NCBI GenBank assembly: GCA_965261085.1
Contig: OZ253442.1
Location: 2,752,001 to 2,816,000, forward strand
Length of the DNA stretch: 64,000 bases
Origin: a bacterium
GTDB lineage: Bacteria > UBA8248
Reading direction: 5' to 3'
In this document: one piece after another, positions 19,948 to 29,582 of the stretch
How the letters are laid out: each line of letters opens with the position of its first letter
Position numbering within the stretch: position 1 is the first letter of the stretch
Program-made: the position numbers and the translations under genes
Notes under the pieces: generated by a model
The model's database searches: none
What the model was told of the DNA's origin: nothing
What the model saw: only the letters and a program-made list of their open reading frames with translations

Positions 19948-20805
19948 TCAACAACCTATATCTCGCCTCATTGCCTGCAATGAGTCAGATGCTTTTACTC
20001 TAGCCAAGTCACCGAGAAATGTGTCAGTGATTTTTTCTTTCTGACGTTCCGACATAGAAGCATGCTGTTCAGACTCATAATTTGCTTTAGCGTTCACATA
20101 ATCGAAAAATTCACTAGGAACATTCTGGCGACCAGAAATTGTACCGCCTTTGACGGCTACTCTCGTTCCCTGCCAGTCGCTGGGTCGATCATCGCGCAAA
20201 ACTCCGAAGATGAAAAAACGAGGAAGTTTCATATAAACCATATGACGATGGCTATTTTTTATTAAGTCTATGTGTATACTTCGCATCACATGTCGGTTGA
20301 TGTTGTGTGGAATATCTCCTCCAGTGGCATTTACAGAGCCCACCAAGAATAAGTGCTGGCGAAATTGGCCCGGGTGTGGACGGAGACCAATGAGAAACTC
20401 CTTCCAAATTTTTTCAGCTCTACCAACAGACTCACGCTCTGCGTCAGAGTAATCATCCAACCCATCTCCCTCCATAAACCAACGGAGCACACGCCACGAC
20501 AACGAAACGCAAAATCTTAAAAACCAAGGCCCATATCTAATTTGGGTGAGGCGATCTTCTACAAAAGGATAGAACAACTTACTCGCGAACTGCCTCTCGT
20601 TTTCACCCAAGATGCCCTCGCAAGAAGAACATAGCCAACGCTTTTTTTCACCATCTTGAACGCGCCTGTTCATTGTCTCAGCAAAACGGATATGTCCTGT
20701 TGCCGATGTCTCGCGCATCCAACGGAAAAGAAATGCAGGTAGAACGTGACTGTTTTGTAATTCGCAATAAGAATCGCAAAGATAGCAGTTCCCTAATATC
20801 ACCAT
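19948..20805 (-). CDS. Low-GC hypothetical protein with Zn-binding HNH-like N-terminus
   Basis: CxxC-x7-HxxP...LCxxCE; visibly more AT-rich than the flanks. Confidence 0.55.
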   Translation of the reverse strand: MVILGNCYLCDSYCELQNSHVLPAFLFRWMRETSATGHIRFAETMNRRVQDGEKKRWLCSSCEGILGENERQFASKLFYPFVEDRLTQIRYGPWFLRFCVSLSWRVLRWFMEGDGLDDYSDAERESVGRAEKIWKEFLIGLRPHPGQFRQHLFLVGSVNATGGDIPHNINRHVMRSIHIDLIKNSHRHMVYMKLPRFFIFGVLRDDRPSDWQGTRVAVKGGTISGRQNVPSEFFDYVNAKANYESEQHASMSERQKEKITDTFLGDLARVKASDSLQAMRRDIGC

Positions 20806-21075
20806 ATTTTCCCTCAAAACACTTAACGGAGCGTGTGAACCCGCCATGCAATATTCCAAAATCTAAATTATCGATCCAAACTTCGATCATTAAACATATA
20901 TTACACTACACACACAGAATGAATTCTAAAATTTATACATGAGGCCATGTTCGCCACTTTGAGAAATCCTCAGTTCCGCTTTCTCCCCTTCGGCTTGTGG
21001 TGTATCATCCGCCGTATTGAACCCGAAAAATGAACTTTCGGATCACCCCATAGACACCAAAACTGGAGTAACGCA

Positions 21076-21822
21076 ATGCCCATTCGTTTCGATTTCCAGG
21101 GCCGAAAGGTCATCCTCACGGGCGCGGCGGGCGCCATGGGAAGCCGCATCCTGCAAGGATACCTGGAAGCCGGCGCCAAGGTTTTCGCCACCGACAGGGA
21201 AGGCGAGACCTTCGGCGCAATAGACGGCCCGTCCGATCAACTCTTCAAGCTCCCCTGCGATTTGGCCGACGTGGACGCCATCCGCACCACGATGCGCACG
21301 GCTCTCGAGTGGCTGGGCGGCTGCGACGTACTGGCGAACGTGGCCGGCTACATGCCGATTCGCCCCCCGATGGAACTCGAAGAAGCGGACTGGGAGGTAG
21401 TGCTCGGCGTGAACCTGCTCGCCCCTTATTTCTGCATTCAGGAGACCATCGAGGCGCTCAAGGCCTCTGGCACGGGACGCATCATCAGTTTCGCCTCCAT
21501 CGCCGGTAAAATGGGGGGCATCGGCCCGAATCTCACCTACGCCGCCGCCAAGGCGGGCCTGCTCGCCATGACGTTCAACCTGGCGCGGGAACTCGCCAAG
21601 ACGGGCGTGACGATCAACACCATTCAGCCGGGCCCGGCCGATACGGGCCTTCACTTCCAGTCCCCGCCCGAGATGCTGGTGAACGCAGCGAACGCCCACC
21701 CTATGGGCAGGCTCACGACGCCCGAGGACGTGTGGCACACCGTCTTGTTCCTAACGAGCGAGGAGGCCGCCCACATCAACGGAGAAGCCGTGGACGTGAA
21801 CGGCGGTTTCTGGACGGATTAG
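21076..21822 (+). CDS. SDR family oxidoreductase
   Basis: TGAAGAMG, YAAAK, VNGG. Confidence 0.9.
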   Translation: MPIRFDFQGRKVILTGAAGAMGSRILQGYLEAGAKVFATDREGETFGAIDGPSDQLFKLPCDLADVDAIRTTMRTALEWLGGCDVLANVAGYMPIRPPMELEEADWEVVLGVNLLAPYFCIQETIEALKASGTGRIISFASIAGKMGGIGPNLTYAAAKAGLLAMTFNLARELAKTGVTINTIQPGPADTGLHFQSPPEMLVNAANAHPMGRLTTPEDVWHTVLFLTSEEAAHINGEAVDVNGGFWTD

Positions 21823-21837
21823 AAGGAGGAGAACACC

Positions 21838-22674
21838 ATGTCGAGTGACAACCCGAAAGGCTATGCGAATCCCGACCTGCTCTGGTCGGTCGAACAACTC
21901 AAAGAGCGCATGGACGACCCGAACTTAAGAATCATCGACACCCGCCCCGGCGAGCGCTACACGATGGGCCACATCCCCGGCGCGCGTCATTTCGACGTCT
22001 ACGGCGTGAACAGCGATGATTCGGACGAGGCTCCGCTCAGGAATTTCTTCTCCATGTGGGCGTTTTTGCTGGGAAACCGGGGGGTGTCGTTCGAGAACAC
22101 CATCGTCTTCTACGACGACTTCGTCGGCAACACGAGCGTGCGCGGCTTCTGGATGCTGGAGCTTTTCGGCCATAAGGACGTCCACATCCTGGACGGCGGC
22201 TACGGCGCATGGGAGCGGGCGGGCTTCGAGACGACGCGGGACGCCGAAGTTCCCCGGGCCGTCCCCTTCAAAATGGCGTTCGAGCCGCACCGCCTCGCCA
22301 CGCGCGAGGACGTACTGGCGGCCATCGAGGATGACAACCACATGCTGCTCGACACCCGCTCGGTAGAGGAATGGGAGGGGCGGAGCATGCGCGCCAAACG
22401 AGGAGGAATCATCCCAGGAGCCGTCTGGCAGGAGTGGCTCCAGCACTTGACGCCCGAGGGCGAGATGAAGCCCGCGGACGAACTGAGAGCGCAGTTCGCG
22501 GCTATCGGGATCACGCCCGAAAAAGAAGTAACCGCCTACTGACAGACGGGCTACCGTGCGGCGCACGGTTACTTCGCCCTGCGGCTTCTGGATTACCCCA
22601 AAATCAGAAACTACATGAGTTCCTGGAAGGAATGGGGCAATCGCGAGGACACGCCCATCGCACAGGCCCAGTAG
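21838..22674 (+). CDS. Tandem-rhodanese sulfurtransferase, probable selenoprotein (Sec at TGA 22540-22542), 278 aa
   Basis: GHIPGA, LDGG, LLDTRS..E, GxIPGA motifs; frame continues past TGA as [34 protein letters not shown] to TAG 22672-22674. Confidence 0.88.
22548..22579 (+). promoter_or_regulatory. Bacterial SECIS-like hairpin
   Basis: Upper stem ACCGTGC/GCACGGT (22553-22569) with a G-starting loop 17 nt after UGA; lower stem GGGC/GCCC. Confidence 0.75.
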
Positions 22675-22901
22675 AAAATCGAAGTCGCCTGCGTGTATAA
22701 ATAATATGATAGATACAGGTTCACGATATAAAACTTTCACGGCCCGAAGCGTTCGACGGCCGAACTCGTCTCCGTCACGCCCTCAGGCCTGAGCACGCTC
22801 TCGCAGTATTACTGGATCGAGAAAATCGATTTGAAGAGATCCGGGAAGTAAAGCCGAGACGCTCCCCACTCGCATCATACCCCTGTTACGTCTGTGTTGG
22901 C

Positions 22902-23327
22902 CTACACCTGCCTCGGATGCAGTTCTTCGTACTTACCGTGGTCCGTGTCGATGCCCGCCATATGGCGAAATATCTCTTCATATCCCGGGGGTGAGAACAT
23001 CCAGAGGAGTTTCAGGGGAACGTCGCCCGTGTTCCTGAGGCCATGCGTCACGCCCACGGGCAGAAAGGCGGTCATGCCCGCCTTGACGTGATGGACCTCG
23101 CCGTCCACTTCCACCTCGGCTTCCCCTTCGTGGAAGAACAGGATTTCCTCTTCTTTTTCATGAAGATGGACGGGGATGCCGCCGCCGACGGGGATGTCCT
23201 GATTCCCCATACTGAGCATTCGGGAGTTCGTATTCCGGGGGTCGATGAGAATACGCCAGCCCCGGGGCAATTCGATGTCTTCCATCTCGATCTTTTCGCC
23301 GTCGTCCCAATTGAACACGTATGACAT
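22902..23327 (-). CDS. Cupin domain protein
   Basis: PVHLHEKEEEIL and PVGVTHG cupin motifs. Confidence 0.88.
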   Translation of the reverse strand: MSYVFNWDDGEKIEMEDIELPRGWRILIDPRNTNSRMLSMGNQDIPVGGGIPVHLHEKEEEILFFHEGEAEVEVDGEVHHVKAGMTAFLPVGVTHGLRNTGDVPLKLLWMFSPPGYEEIFRHMAGIDTDHGKYEELHPRQV

Positions 23328-23389
23328 GCGGATTCCCTCCCCAGCCTTGGCGCTCGCGTGGGCGTGGGGCGCACCGGGTGAGCGGCGCG

Positions 23390-24427
23390 TCAGGCCATCG
23401 CGGGCGCGACCTCTTTGGCGAATCTCTCCAGAAGTCTGAGAGACTCCTCGTGTTTCATCCCGTCGCCGTAAACGCCGAGAATCACGTGGTTCAGCCCAAA
23501 ATCGTCCCTTAATCGATAAAGCTCCTGAATGTTCTCTTTCGCGGAGCCGATGACGCCGCCGCCTTTCAAGAACTCGCGCACGTCAAGCTTGTAGCTCCAG
23601 TTGCGCCGGAGGTGCCTCCCCTCCTCGTCCGTGAACTCCACCTCGTTCACCCTGGAGCGGTATTCGAGATAGGAGGAAAGCCCGCGCTCGAAAGTTTTCA
23701 GATAATCGGCCTGCTCGTTGTCCTCACAGACGTAGAAGCGATGCGTCATGGTGTAGTCGATGTCGGAGGTATCTCCCCCGGCCGCCGCCACGGCCTCCTC
23801 GTAGAGCTTCATCTTCTCGCGGTAGACTTTAGGGCCTTTGAAGCCGGCCGAGGCCATGATCTTGAACCCGTTCTCGCCTGCGTAGGTGTAGGTCTCGGGA
23901 CTCGTTCCGGCGAGCCAGATGGGCGGCCTCGGCTTTTGGATGGGTCGGGGGAAAATCTGCACGTCCTTGCACTGGTAATACTCGCCCTCGAAGGTCATCT
24001 GCTCGCCTTCCAGGAGCCTCGAGACGATCTCCATGCCTTCTACGAGGCGCTTTCTGCTCTCGGAGGGTTTTACGCCGAAAGTCTTGAATTCCTTGGGCTG
24101 GGAACCCCGGCCCACGCCCAGTTCCAGCCGTCCGCCGCTAAGCAGATCGACCACCGCCGCCTGCTCGGCAAGACGCACTGGATTGTGGAAAGGCATGATG
24201 GAAATCGCCGTGCCCAGGCGGATGTTTTTCGTCTTCTGCGCCAGCGCCGCGCACCATAGCAGCGGGTCGGGGCACATACCAACTTTTGAGAAATGATGCT
24301 CCGCGAACCAGGCGCAGTAGTAGCCTAGTTCATCCGCCGCCTGGCACTGCTCCATCACCTTCTGGTAGGCGTCGGCTTCTGATTCATCCCCCTCGGGACA
24401 AATCACGTAAAAAATCGAGAATTTCAT
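23390..24427 (-). CDS. Luciferase-like (LLM) flavin-dependent oxidoreductase
   Basis: WFAEHHF, IRLGT, RLAEQ..VDLLSGGRLELGVGRG, PRPIQKP. Confidence 0.92.
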   Translation of the reverse strand: MKFSIFYVICPEGDESEADAYQKVMEQCQAADELGYYCAWFAEHHFSKVGMCPDPLLWCAALAQKTKNIRLGTAISIMPFHNPVRLAEQAAVVDLLSGGRLELGVGRGSQPKEFKTFGVKPSESRKRLVEGMEIVSRLLEGEQMTFEGEYYQCKDVQIFPRPIQKPRPPIWLAGTSPETYTYAGENGFKIMASAGFKGPKVYREKMKLYEEAVAAAGGDTSDIDYTMTHRFYVCEDNEQADYLKTFERGLSSYLEYRSRVNEVEFTDEEGRHLRRNWSYKLDVREFLKGGGVIGSAKENIQELYRLRDDFGLNHVILGVYGDGMKHEESLRLLERFAKEVAPAMA

Positions 24428-24617
24428 GTCACCTCATCCTTCGTCTTCTTGCTGAATACGTAGTCTTGACACCGCTCCCCCCCCTTCTCGGGCGGTATTA
24501 TCGTCTCATAGAACTCCCAAGCTACCATCTTATTCACGGCCTGAGAAGCGCTCAAGCCTTGGGCGACAATTTTTCCGACCTGGGCTAGGATGAGGCCTCA
24601 TTCAGAGGAGAAATTAC

Positions 24618-25367
24618 ATGCGTTTCGAGAACAAGACCATCATCGTTACGGGCGCGGGAGGAGGTATCGGCCGGGCGGGCGCGCTCAGGCTCGCGCGCGA
24701 GGGTGCGCACGTCATCTGTATGGACATCGCCGATTCACGCGAGGATACCGCGAGGCGCATCAAAGAATGCGGCGTTGGCAGTGCGAACGCGATGGCCTTC
24801 GACGCATTCGACTCTGAAGACGTGAAACGAGTCTTTCAGGAGGCGATTTCGACGCACGGGCCAATTGATGGCCTCGTCAACTGCGTCGGAGGGGGGCTTC
24901 CCCTCTCGGCGCTGGATATCGACGAGGACGCCTTCGATAAAATGTTCGACATGAACGTGAAGACCACCTACCGCGCCTGTTGGGCGGTGCTGCCCCACAT
25001 GCAGGAGCGAAGGAGCGGCAAAATCGTCAATTTCTCCTCCGTCGCGGGCCGCTCGGCCAGCGTGCTCCAGGGGCCGCACTACTCAAGCGCCAAGGCCGCC
25101 GTCATCGGACTGACGCGCCATCTGGCGCGCGAGTTCGGCCCGCACAACATCAACGTGAACGCCATCGCCCCGGGCGTCGTCGGCACCGAGCGCATCCTGG
25201 AGCAAATGAGCGATGCGCAAAGGCAAAAAACAGAAGCCGCCACTCCCCTTGGCCGCATCGCTACGCCTGAGGACATCGCGGGCGTCGTCGCCTTTCTCGC
25301 CTCGGACGACGCGCGCCACGTCACCGGCGTCACCATCGACGTGAACGGGGGATTTTTCCTGGCCTAG
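24618..25367 (+). CDS. SDR family oxidoreductase
   Basis: TGAGGGIG, YSSAK, VNGG. Confidence 0.92.
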   Translation: MRFENKTIIVTGAGGGIGRAGALRLAREGAHVICMDIADSREDTARRIKECGVGSANAMAFDAFDSEDVKRVFQEAISTHGPIDGLVNCVGGGLPLSALDIDEDAFDKMFDMNVKTTYRACWAVLPHMQERRSGKIVNFSSVAGRSASVLQGPHYSSAKAAVIGLTRHLAREFGPHNINVNAIAPGVVGTERILEQMSDAQRQKTEAATPLGRIATPEDIAGVVAFLASDDARHVTGVTIDVNGGFFLA

Positions 25368-25644
25368 ATGGTGGGGATTTTTCCGGGCGCCGTCACCTTG
25401 ATATAGCCTGCGCATCGACCCAAAGCGTGTATCCGATTCGGGAAAGTATTCACGCCCCCGAAGCAGAATTTCAGCAGGAGGCATCAGCGTCCAGGGGCAT
25501 ACCTCTCCAACTTGGCGTTATCCCTCGGTAGATTCCGCTTCCAGAGGCGCAGCGTTTTTCAGGTATTTCATCTGACTTTCCTCCTTGGTGAATAGTAATG
25601 CACGAAATAAAACGATTCCCAGAATCTACGTACAATAACGGGAA

Positions 25645-26133
25645 TCAAGAAATTTCATCTTCTTCACGAAACGTGTCGATATCGCAATACAACTCGATGT
25701 AGTTACCGTCCGGGTCGCAGAAATAAAAAGCGCGGTTGCCGCTGCCCTGCTCGAACCCGTCTCCCTCGGGCCCATGCACCAAAGGGCCGTATTCAATCTT
25801 GACGCCGCACTCTTTCACATGCCGAAGCGCCTTGAGCCACTCTCCCCGGTTCAGCACTTCGAAGGCCAGGTGCTGAAAACCCGGCTTGGCCTCCGCCATG
25901 GAATTACCTGATTCGGGATAGAGCCCCGAGGCATCTTCCGGGGCCTGAAAGAATACGACTTCATGGTGGGTGATATCGCAGCGCAAAAATACAGAAGCGC
26001 CTCCCGGCACCATTACTCCCGGGCCGCTTCTGCTCGTTACCTTGAAACCCAGCACCCGGGTGTAGAAATCCTCCATCCGGGCCAGATCTTTCGTCCAGAA
26101 TCCGACGTGCCCTATCTTTGTCGTCTTGAACAT
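25645..26133 (-). CDS. VOC family protein
   Basis: IGHVG, FYTRVLGF, FLRCDITHHE, QHLAF, YFCDPDGNYIEL. Confidence 0.85.
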   Translation of the reverse strand: MFKTTKIGHVGFWTKDLARMEDFYTRVLGFKVTSRSGPGVMVPGGASVFLRCDITHHEVVFFQAPEDASGLYPESGNSMAEAKPGFQHLAFEVLNRGEWLKALRHVKECGVKIEYGPLVHGPEGDGFEQGSGNRAFYFCDPDGNYIELYCDIDTFREEDEIS

Positions 26134-26338
26134 AAACGCTCGGTTCATTCTCGGGCGAATATCGAGAGGAACAAACAAATAAACTGCGCCTTCGGCATCG
26201 CCCATACAACCATGTATGAAATCAAAATTCCGTATGGAAAAATCTTAAATCATACCGGACGGTTAAATCAAGAAACATCACCGTTTTGCGATAAAAACCA
26301 AACCGTACGGATGGGCCTCGAAAACGGCATGAATCTCC

Positions 26339-27694
26339 TTATCCGATATCCGGAAATTCAGAGACCCAGCCCAGTTCCGCCTCACACCAGCGGGCGGCGG
26401 AGAGAAGAGCGGCCTCACCGAAACGGCGTCCGCCCAGTTGAATCCCGATGGGTAGATTCTCATCTCCCCTGCCCACGGGAAGGGTGATAGCCGGAAACCC
26501 GATTTGCGTGAAGGGCTCGTTGAACAGGGCGTTTCCGGTAGATTCCTCGGCGATGGGGGGGCGCTCCACTTGGGAGGGCAAGATGACGAGGTCGAAGTTT
26601 TGGAAAAAATCCTCCATCCTCTGAATGAAGCGGGCGCGAAAGCGCAGGGCGTTCACGTAGTGAACCGCAGGCGTCATGAGGCCCGTGGAGATATTTTTTC
26701 GAATCTGGGAAGCATAGGCGTCTTGATTCTCCAGAAACATCTTGTCGTGATAGGCGGCCGCCTCGACGCGCATGATGATGCGGTGCGCCGCGTGCATCTC
26801 GTCCACTTCCACCGGTAGTTTTGCTTCCTGCACGTCCACGCCATAGGCTTTCAAGCTCGCGACGCACTCTTCTATGCGTCCGGCCACCTCTTCGCTCGCA
26901 TGCGGGAGGAGATCCTCTTTCCAGAAACATGCCCGCTTCGGTTTCGCCGGTGCTGAGGCTTGGGCGTAATCGGGCACCGCGACGTCGGGCGCTTGGGCGT
27001 CAAGCCCATCCGCGCCTGAAATGGCCGTCAGAACGCGCGCCGCATCCTCGGCGCACCTTGTAATGACGCCCACGTGGTCCAGATTCCAGGAGACCGTGAT
27101 CAGCCCGCTTCTCGGTATCCGGCCATAGGTGGGCTTGAGCCCCACTACCCCGCAAAACGCAGAAGGCCGCAAGGTCGATCCACCCGTCTGGCTCCCCAGA
27201 GCCGCCGGGACCATTCCTGTGGCAACGGCGGCTGCGGAGCCGCTGCTCGAGCCACCCGGGCTTCTCTTGAAATTCCATGGATTTCGCGTTTCCGAGGGAT
27301 CGGAGGTGGCGAATTGCGTGGTGACCGTCTTGCCGAGGCATAGCGCGCCCGCATTTTTCAAGCGCGTCGTGACGGTGGCGTCCTCATCCGCTATATAGCC
27401 TTTGAGCAGAGGAGAGTTCGCCTCGCGCGGCAGACCGACGACGTCCACGATGTCCTTATAGCCGATGGCGGCGCCCCCGAGCGCACCACTCCCCTGCCCG
27501 TCGGCAAGACGCTCATCGACAGCCTTCGCACCTGCGAGCGCGCCCTCCCTGTCCACGTGCGCCCACGCCAGGAGTTTTCCATCGAGCGCATCGACCCGCT
27601 CCAGCAAAGAACGCGTCCATTCAGTAGCGGACAAGCCGCCTTCCTCGATTTTTCTCAGCCCATCAGAGAGGCTTAAACGCCAAGGTTCACTCAT
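26339..27694 (-). CDS. Amidase signature family enzyme
   Basis: KD, PGGSSSGS, GSQTGGS (Ser-cisSer-Lys triad), GLKPTYG. Confidence 0.92.
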   Translation of the reverse strand: MSEPWRLSLSDGLRKIEEGGLSATEWTRSLLERVDALDGKLLAWAHVDREGALAGAKAVDERLADGQGSGALGGAAIGYKDIVDVVGLPREANSPLLKGYIADEDATVTTRLKNAGALCLGKTVTTQFATSDPSETRNPWNFKRSPGGSSSGSAAAVATGMVPAALGSQTGGSTLRPSAFCGVVGLKPTYGRIPRSGLITVSWNLDHVGVITRCAEDAARVLTAISGADGLDAQAPDVAVPDYAQASAPAKPKRACFWKEDLLPHASEEVAGRIEECVASLKAYGVDVQEAKLPVEVDEMHAAHRIIMRVEAAAYHDKMFLENQDAYASQIRKNISTGLMTPAVHYVNALRFRARFIQRMEDFFQNFDLVILPSQVERPPIAEESTGNALFNEPFTQIGFPAITLPVGRGDENLPIGIQLGGRRFGEAALLSAARWCEAELGWVSEFPDIG

Positions 27695-27730
27695 TTTTCA
27701 CTCCCCTACTTTTGTATCGTTCGCCATGAC

Positions 27731-27904
27731 TCATCTATCGAGTTCTTCGAGTTTTTCCAGTATTTCGAGCAGATGAGGCTTTCCCCCCGCCGGTGGCCGC
27801 CAACGTACGTGCGTCACGGCCACGTTCTGGCTCTTTAGTTCATCCGCGAATATCTCTAGCCCCAGATTAACGACCCGGAGCGGTTTTTGACGCAAATCTT
27901 TCAT
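27731..27904 (-). CDS. Stand-alone FdrA C-terminal-like protein (57 aa)
   Basis: Below the ORF-track cutoff; MKDLRQKPLRVVNLGLEIFADELKSQNVAVTHVRWRPPAGGKPHLLEILEKLEELDR matches the VxNxGL..FA..L...V..V.WRPPAGG tail of FdrA. Confidence 0.8.
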   Translation of the reverse strand: MKDLRQKPLRVVNLGLEIFADELKSQNVAVTHVRWRPPAGGKPHLLEILEKLEELDR

Positions 27905-27907
27905 GGT

Positions 27908-29395
27908 CTATGCGTCCTCCACCAAATCAGGCCGCAATAAGGCAGCGGCGAAGCGCGTCGCCTGTGCGTTCGAGGGCAGGACCACGACGCCGACCTCTTC
28001 CAAAATCCGCATCTGCTCATCCATATCTTGTGGATCATCGGCCGTTCCCACCACCGAGGCGACGAAAACCAAATCCTTCGCCTTCTTTCTCACCTCTTTT
28101 ATCGCGCGCGCCAGAGGGACCGCCGGGTCCTGCGCGCTTGCCCCGCCCAGCATCAGATCGAACAAGATCACCCCGACGCTATCATCCGTCGCAGATTGCA
28201 CGATGAGTTCCGCGCGGGACTCGGGGTCTATCATGGGATGGGGTTTCCCTACCGTATAACGATCATCTCCCAGGTCGAGAACCCGGTGGCGGCCCGCCTC
28301 CTCGTTCCAGGACACACCGCCGAGCAACGACTCCAGAATCAGATAGCTCTCGTGGGCAAGCGTGCCGCCGGAGAAAAGCCCCAGAACGCCCCCGCCTTTC
28401 GGCTTCAAGGAAGTGATTTTCTCCTTCAGCCCAGCCTGAGCGAAGAAATTTTCCGGCTCGTATCTCTCACCTTTCAAAATCGCCGCCACGGCGTGGCCCG
28501 CATCCTCCAGAGTCTCCGCCCATCCCGGGTTTCGCGCACCCAAAAAGCAGACGACATGCGGCTTATTGAAGTTTTTGAGCGCCTCTTCGATCTTGCGCAA
28601 TACCTCCACATCGGGCGGCTTGGATATGAGCGCCACGATTTCTGTATCAGGATCACTCGATAAAAAATCGAGCGCGTGAAGTGTCATCAAACCGCCCACC
28701 TCGGCGGATAAATCACGTCCGCCCACGCCTATGCCGTGGGAAATTCCCTCGCCCAGGGCATCGAGTTGTGAAACGAGAGACTGAAGACCGGTACCCGAAG
28801 CGGCAATGCAACCCACGCGTCCGGGTTTCACCACGTTGGCGAAACCGAGTCCTACGCCGCCGATGTGCGCCGTTCCGCAGTCAGGGCCCATCAGGAGAAG
28901 ACCGCGCTTGATGGCCTCTCGCTTGAGCGCCACCTCATCATCCACCGGCACGTTGTCGCTGAACAGGAATACATGGAGCCCGCTGCGCAGGGCGCTCATG
29001 GCCTCTTTTGGGGCATAGGCGCCGGGCACGGAAATCATCGCGAGGTTCGAATCAGGCGCTGCGGCGAGCGCTCCCGCCAAGCTCGAGGGCGAAAAATCGC
29101 TCACGCCGCCACCGACGACCCGTTCTTGCGTCAAAAGGGCTTTCGCCTCTTCAATCGCTTCCAGCGCGAGTTCTAACGAATCCGCCTCAACGGCGAGAAC
29201 CAGATCATTCGGCCCGGCATCGACCTTGTTTTCCTCGGCCAATCCCGCCTGAAGCAAGATATCCCGATTCGCAGGCGTGCCCATGAGCGCCGCCATCTCG
29301 GCTATACCCGGCTTTTTGCGAATCTCGCGCGCGAGGCGCATCAATTTAACGGAGTCCTGGTAGAACGAAGGGAGTACGAGCCTTGCGAATGGCAA
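27908..29395 (-). CDS. fdrA: FdrA/AllF-like acyl-CoA synthetase fold protein
   Basis: YQDSVKLM, MGTPAN, SVPG.YA, FLFSDNV, MGPDCGT, GVGGRDL, GLFSGGTL, GKPHPMID. Confidence 0.88.
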   Translation of the reverse strand: MPFARLVLPSFYQDSVKLMRLAREIRKKPGIAEMAALMGTPANRDILLQAGLAEENKVDAGPNDLVLAVEADSLELALEAIEEAKALLTQERVVGGGVSDFSPSSLAGALAAAPDSNLAMISVPGAYAPKEAMSALRSGLHVFLFSDNVPVDDEVALKREAIKRGLLLMGPDCGTAHIGGVGLGFANVVKPGRVGCIAASGTGLQSLVSQLDALGEGISHGIGVGGRDLSAEVGGLMTLHALDFLSSDPDTEIVALISKPPDVEVLRKIEEALKNFNKPHVVCFLGARNPGWAETLEDAGHAVAAILKGERYEPENFFAQAGLKEKITSLKPKGGGVLGLFSGGTLAHESYLILESLLGGVSWNEEAGRHRVLDLGDDRYTVGKPHPMIDPESRAELIVQSATDDSVGVILFDLMLGGASAQDPAVPLARAIKEVRKKAKDLVFVASVVGTADDPQDMDEQMRILEEVGVVVLPSNAQATRFAAALLRPDLVEDA

Positions 29396-29396
29396 T

Positions 29397-29582
29397 TTAT
29401 TTTACTTCTTGGGCGGGCGGGGCGAAAGGCTCTTGCGTTTTCTCGATTGAGGCGGAAGACATCGTCAAGAGCATTTCCGCCACCTCATCCGCATAGGCGG
29501 CGACCCGCTCCTCATCCTCCAGGCCGAAAACGTCTTGCGCCATCCGCCCGATTTGCGCAGCAATCTTTGATTGATCGTTCAT
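29397..29582 (-). CDS. Small acidic helical protein (61 aa), possible GatC/AtzG-like amidase partner
   Basis: MNDQSKIAAQ...EKTQEPFAPPAQEVK; ATGA overlap with ubiX and a 1-nt gap to fdrA. Confidence 0.6.
   Translation of the reverse strand: MNDQSKIAAQIGRMAQDVFGLEDEERVAAYADEVAEMLLTMSSASIEKTQEPFAPPAQEVK

Noticed and set aside
22540-22542. Sulfurtransferase as a nonsense pseudogene
   Set aside because: The stop is TGA exactly at the catalytic Cys, the downstream frame is intact and a SECIS-like hairpin follows; Sec is more parsimonious, though unproven
26339-27694. gatA assignment
   Set aside because: No gatB adjacent and the context is catabolic; called a generic amidase
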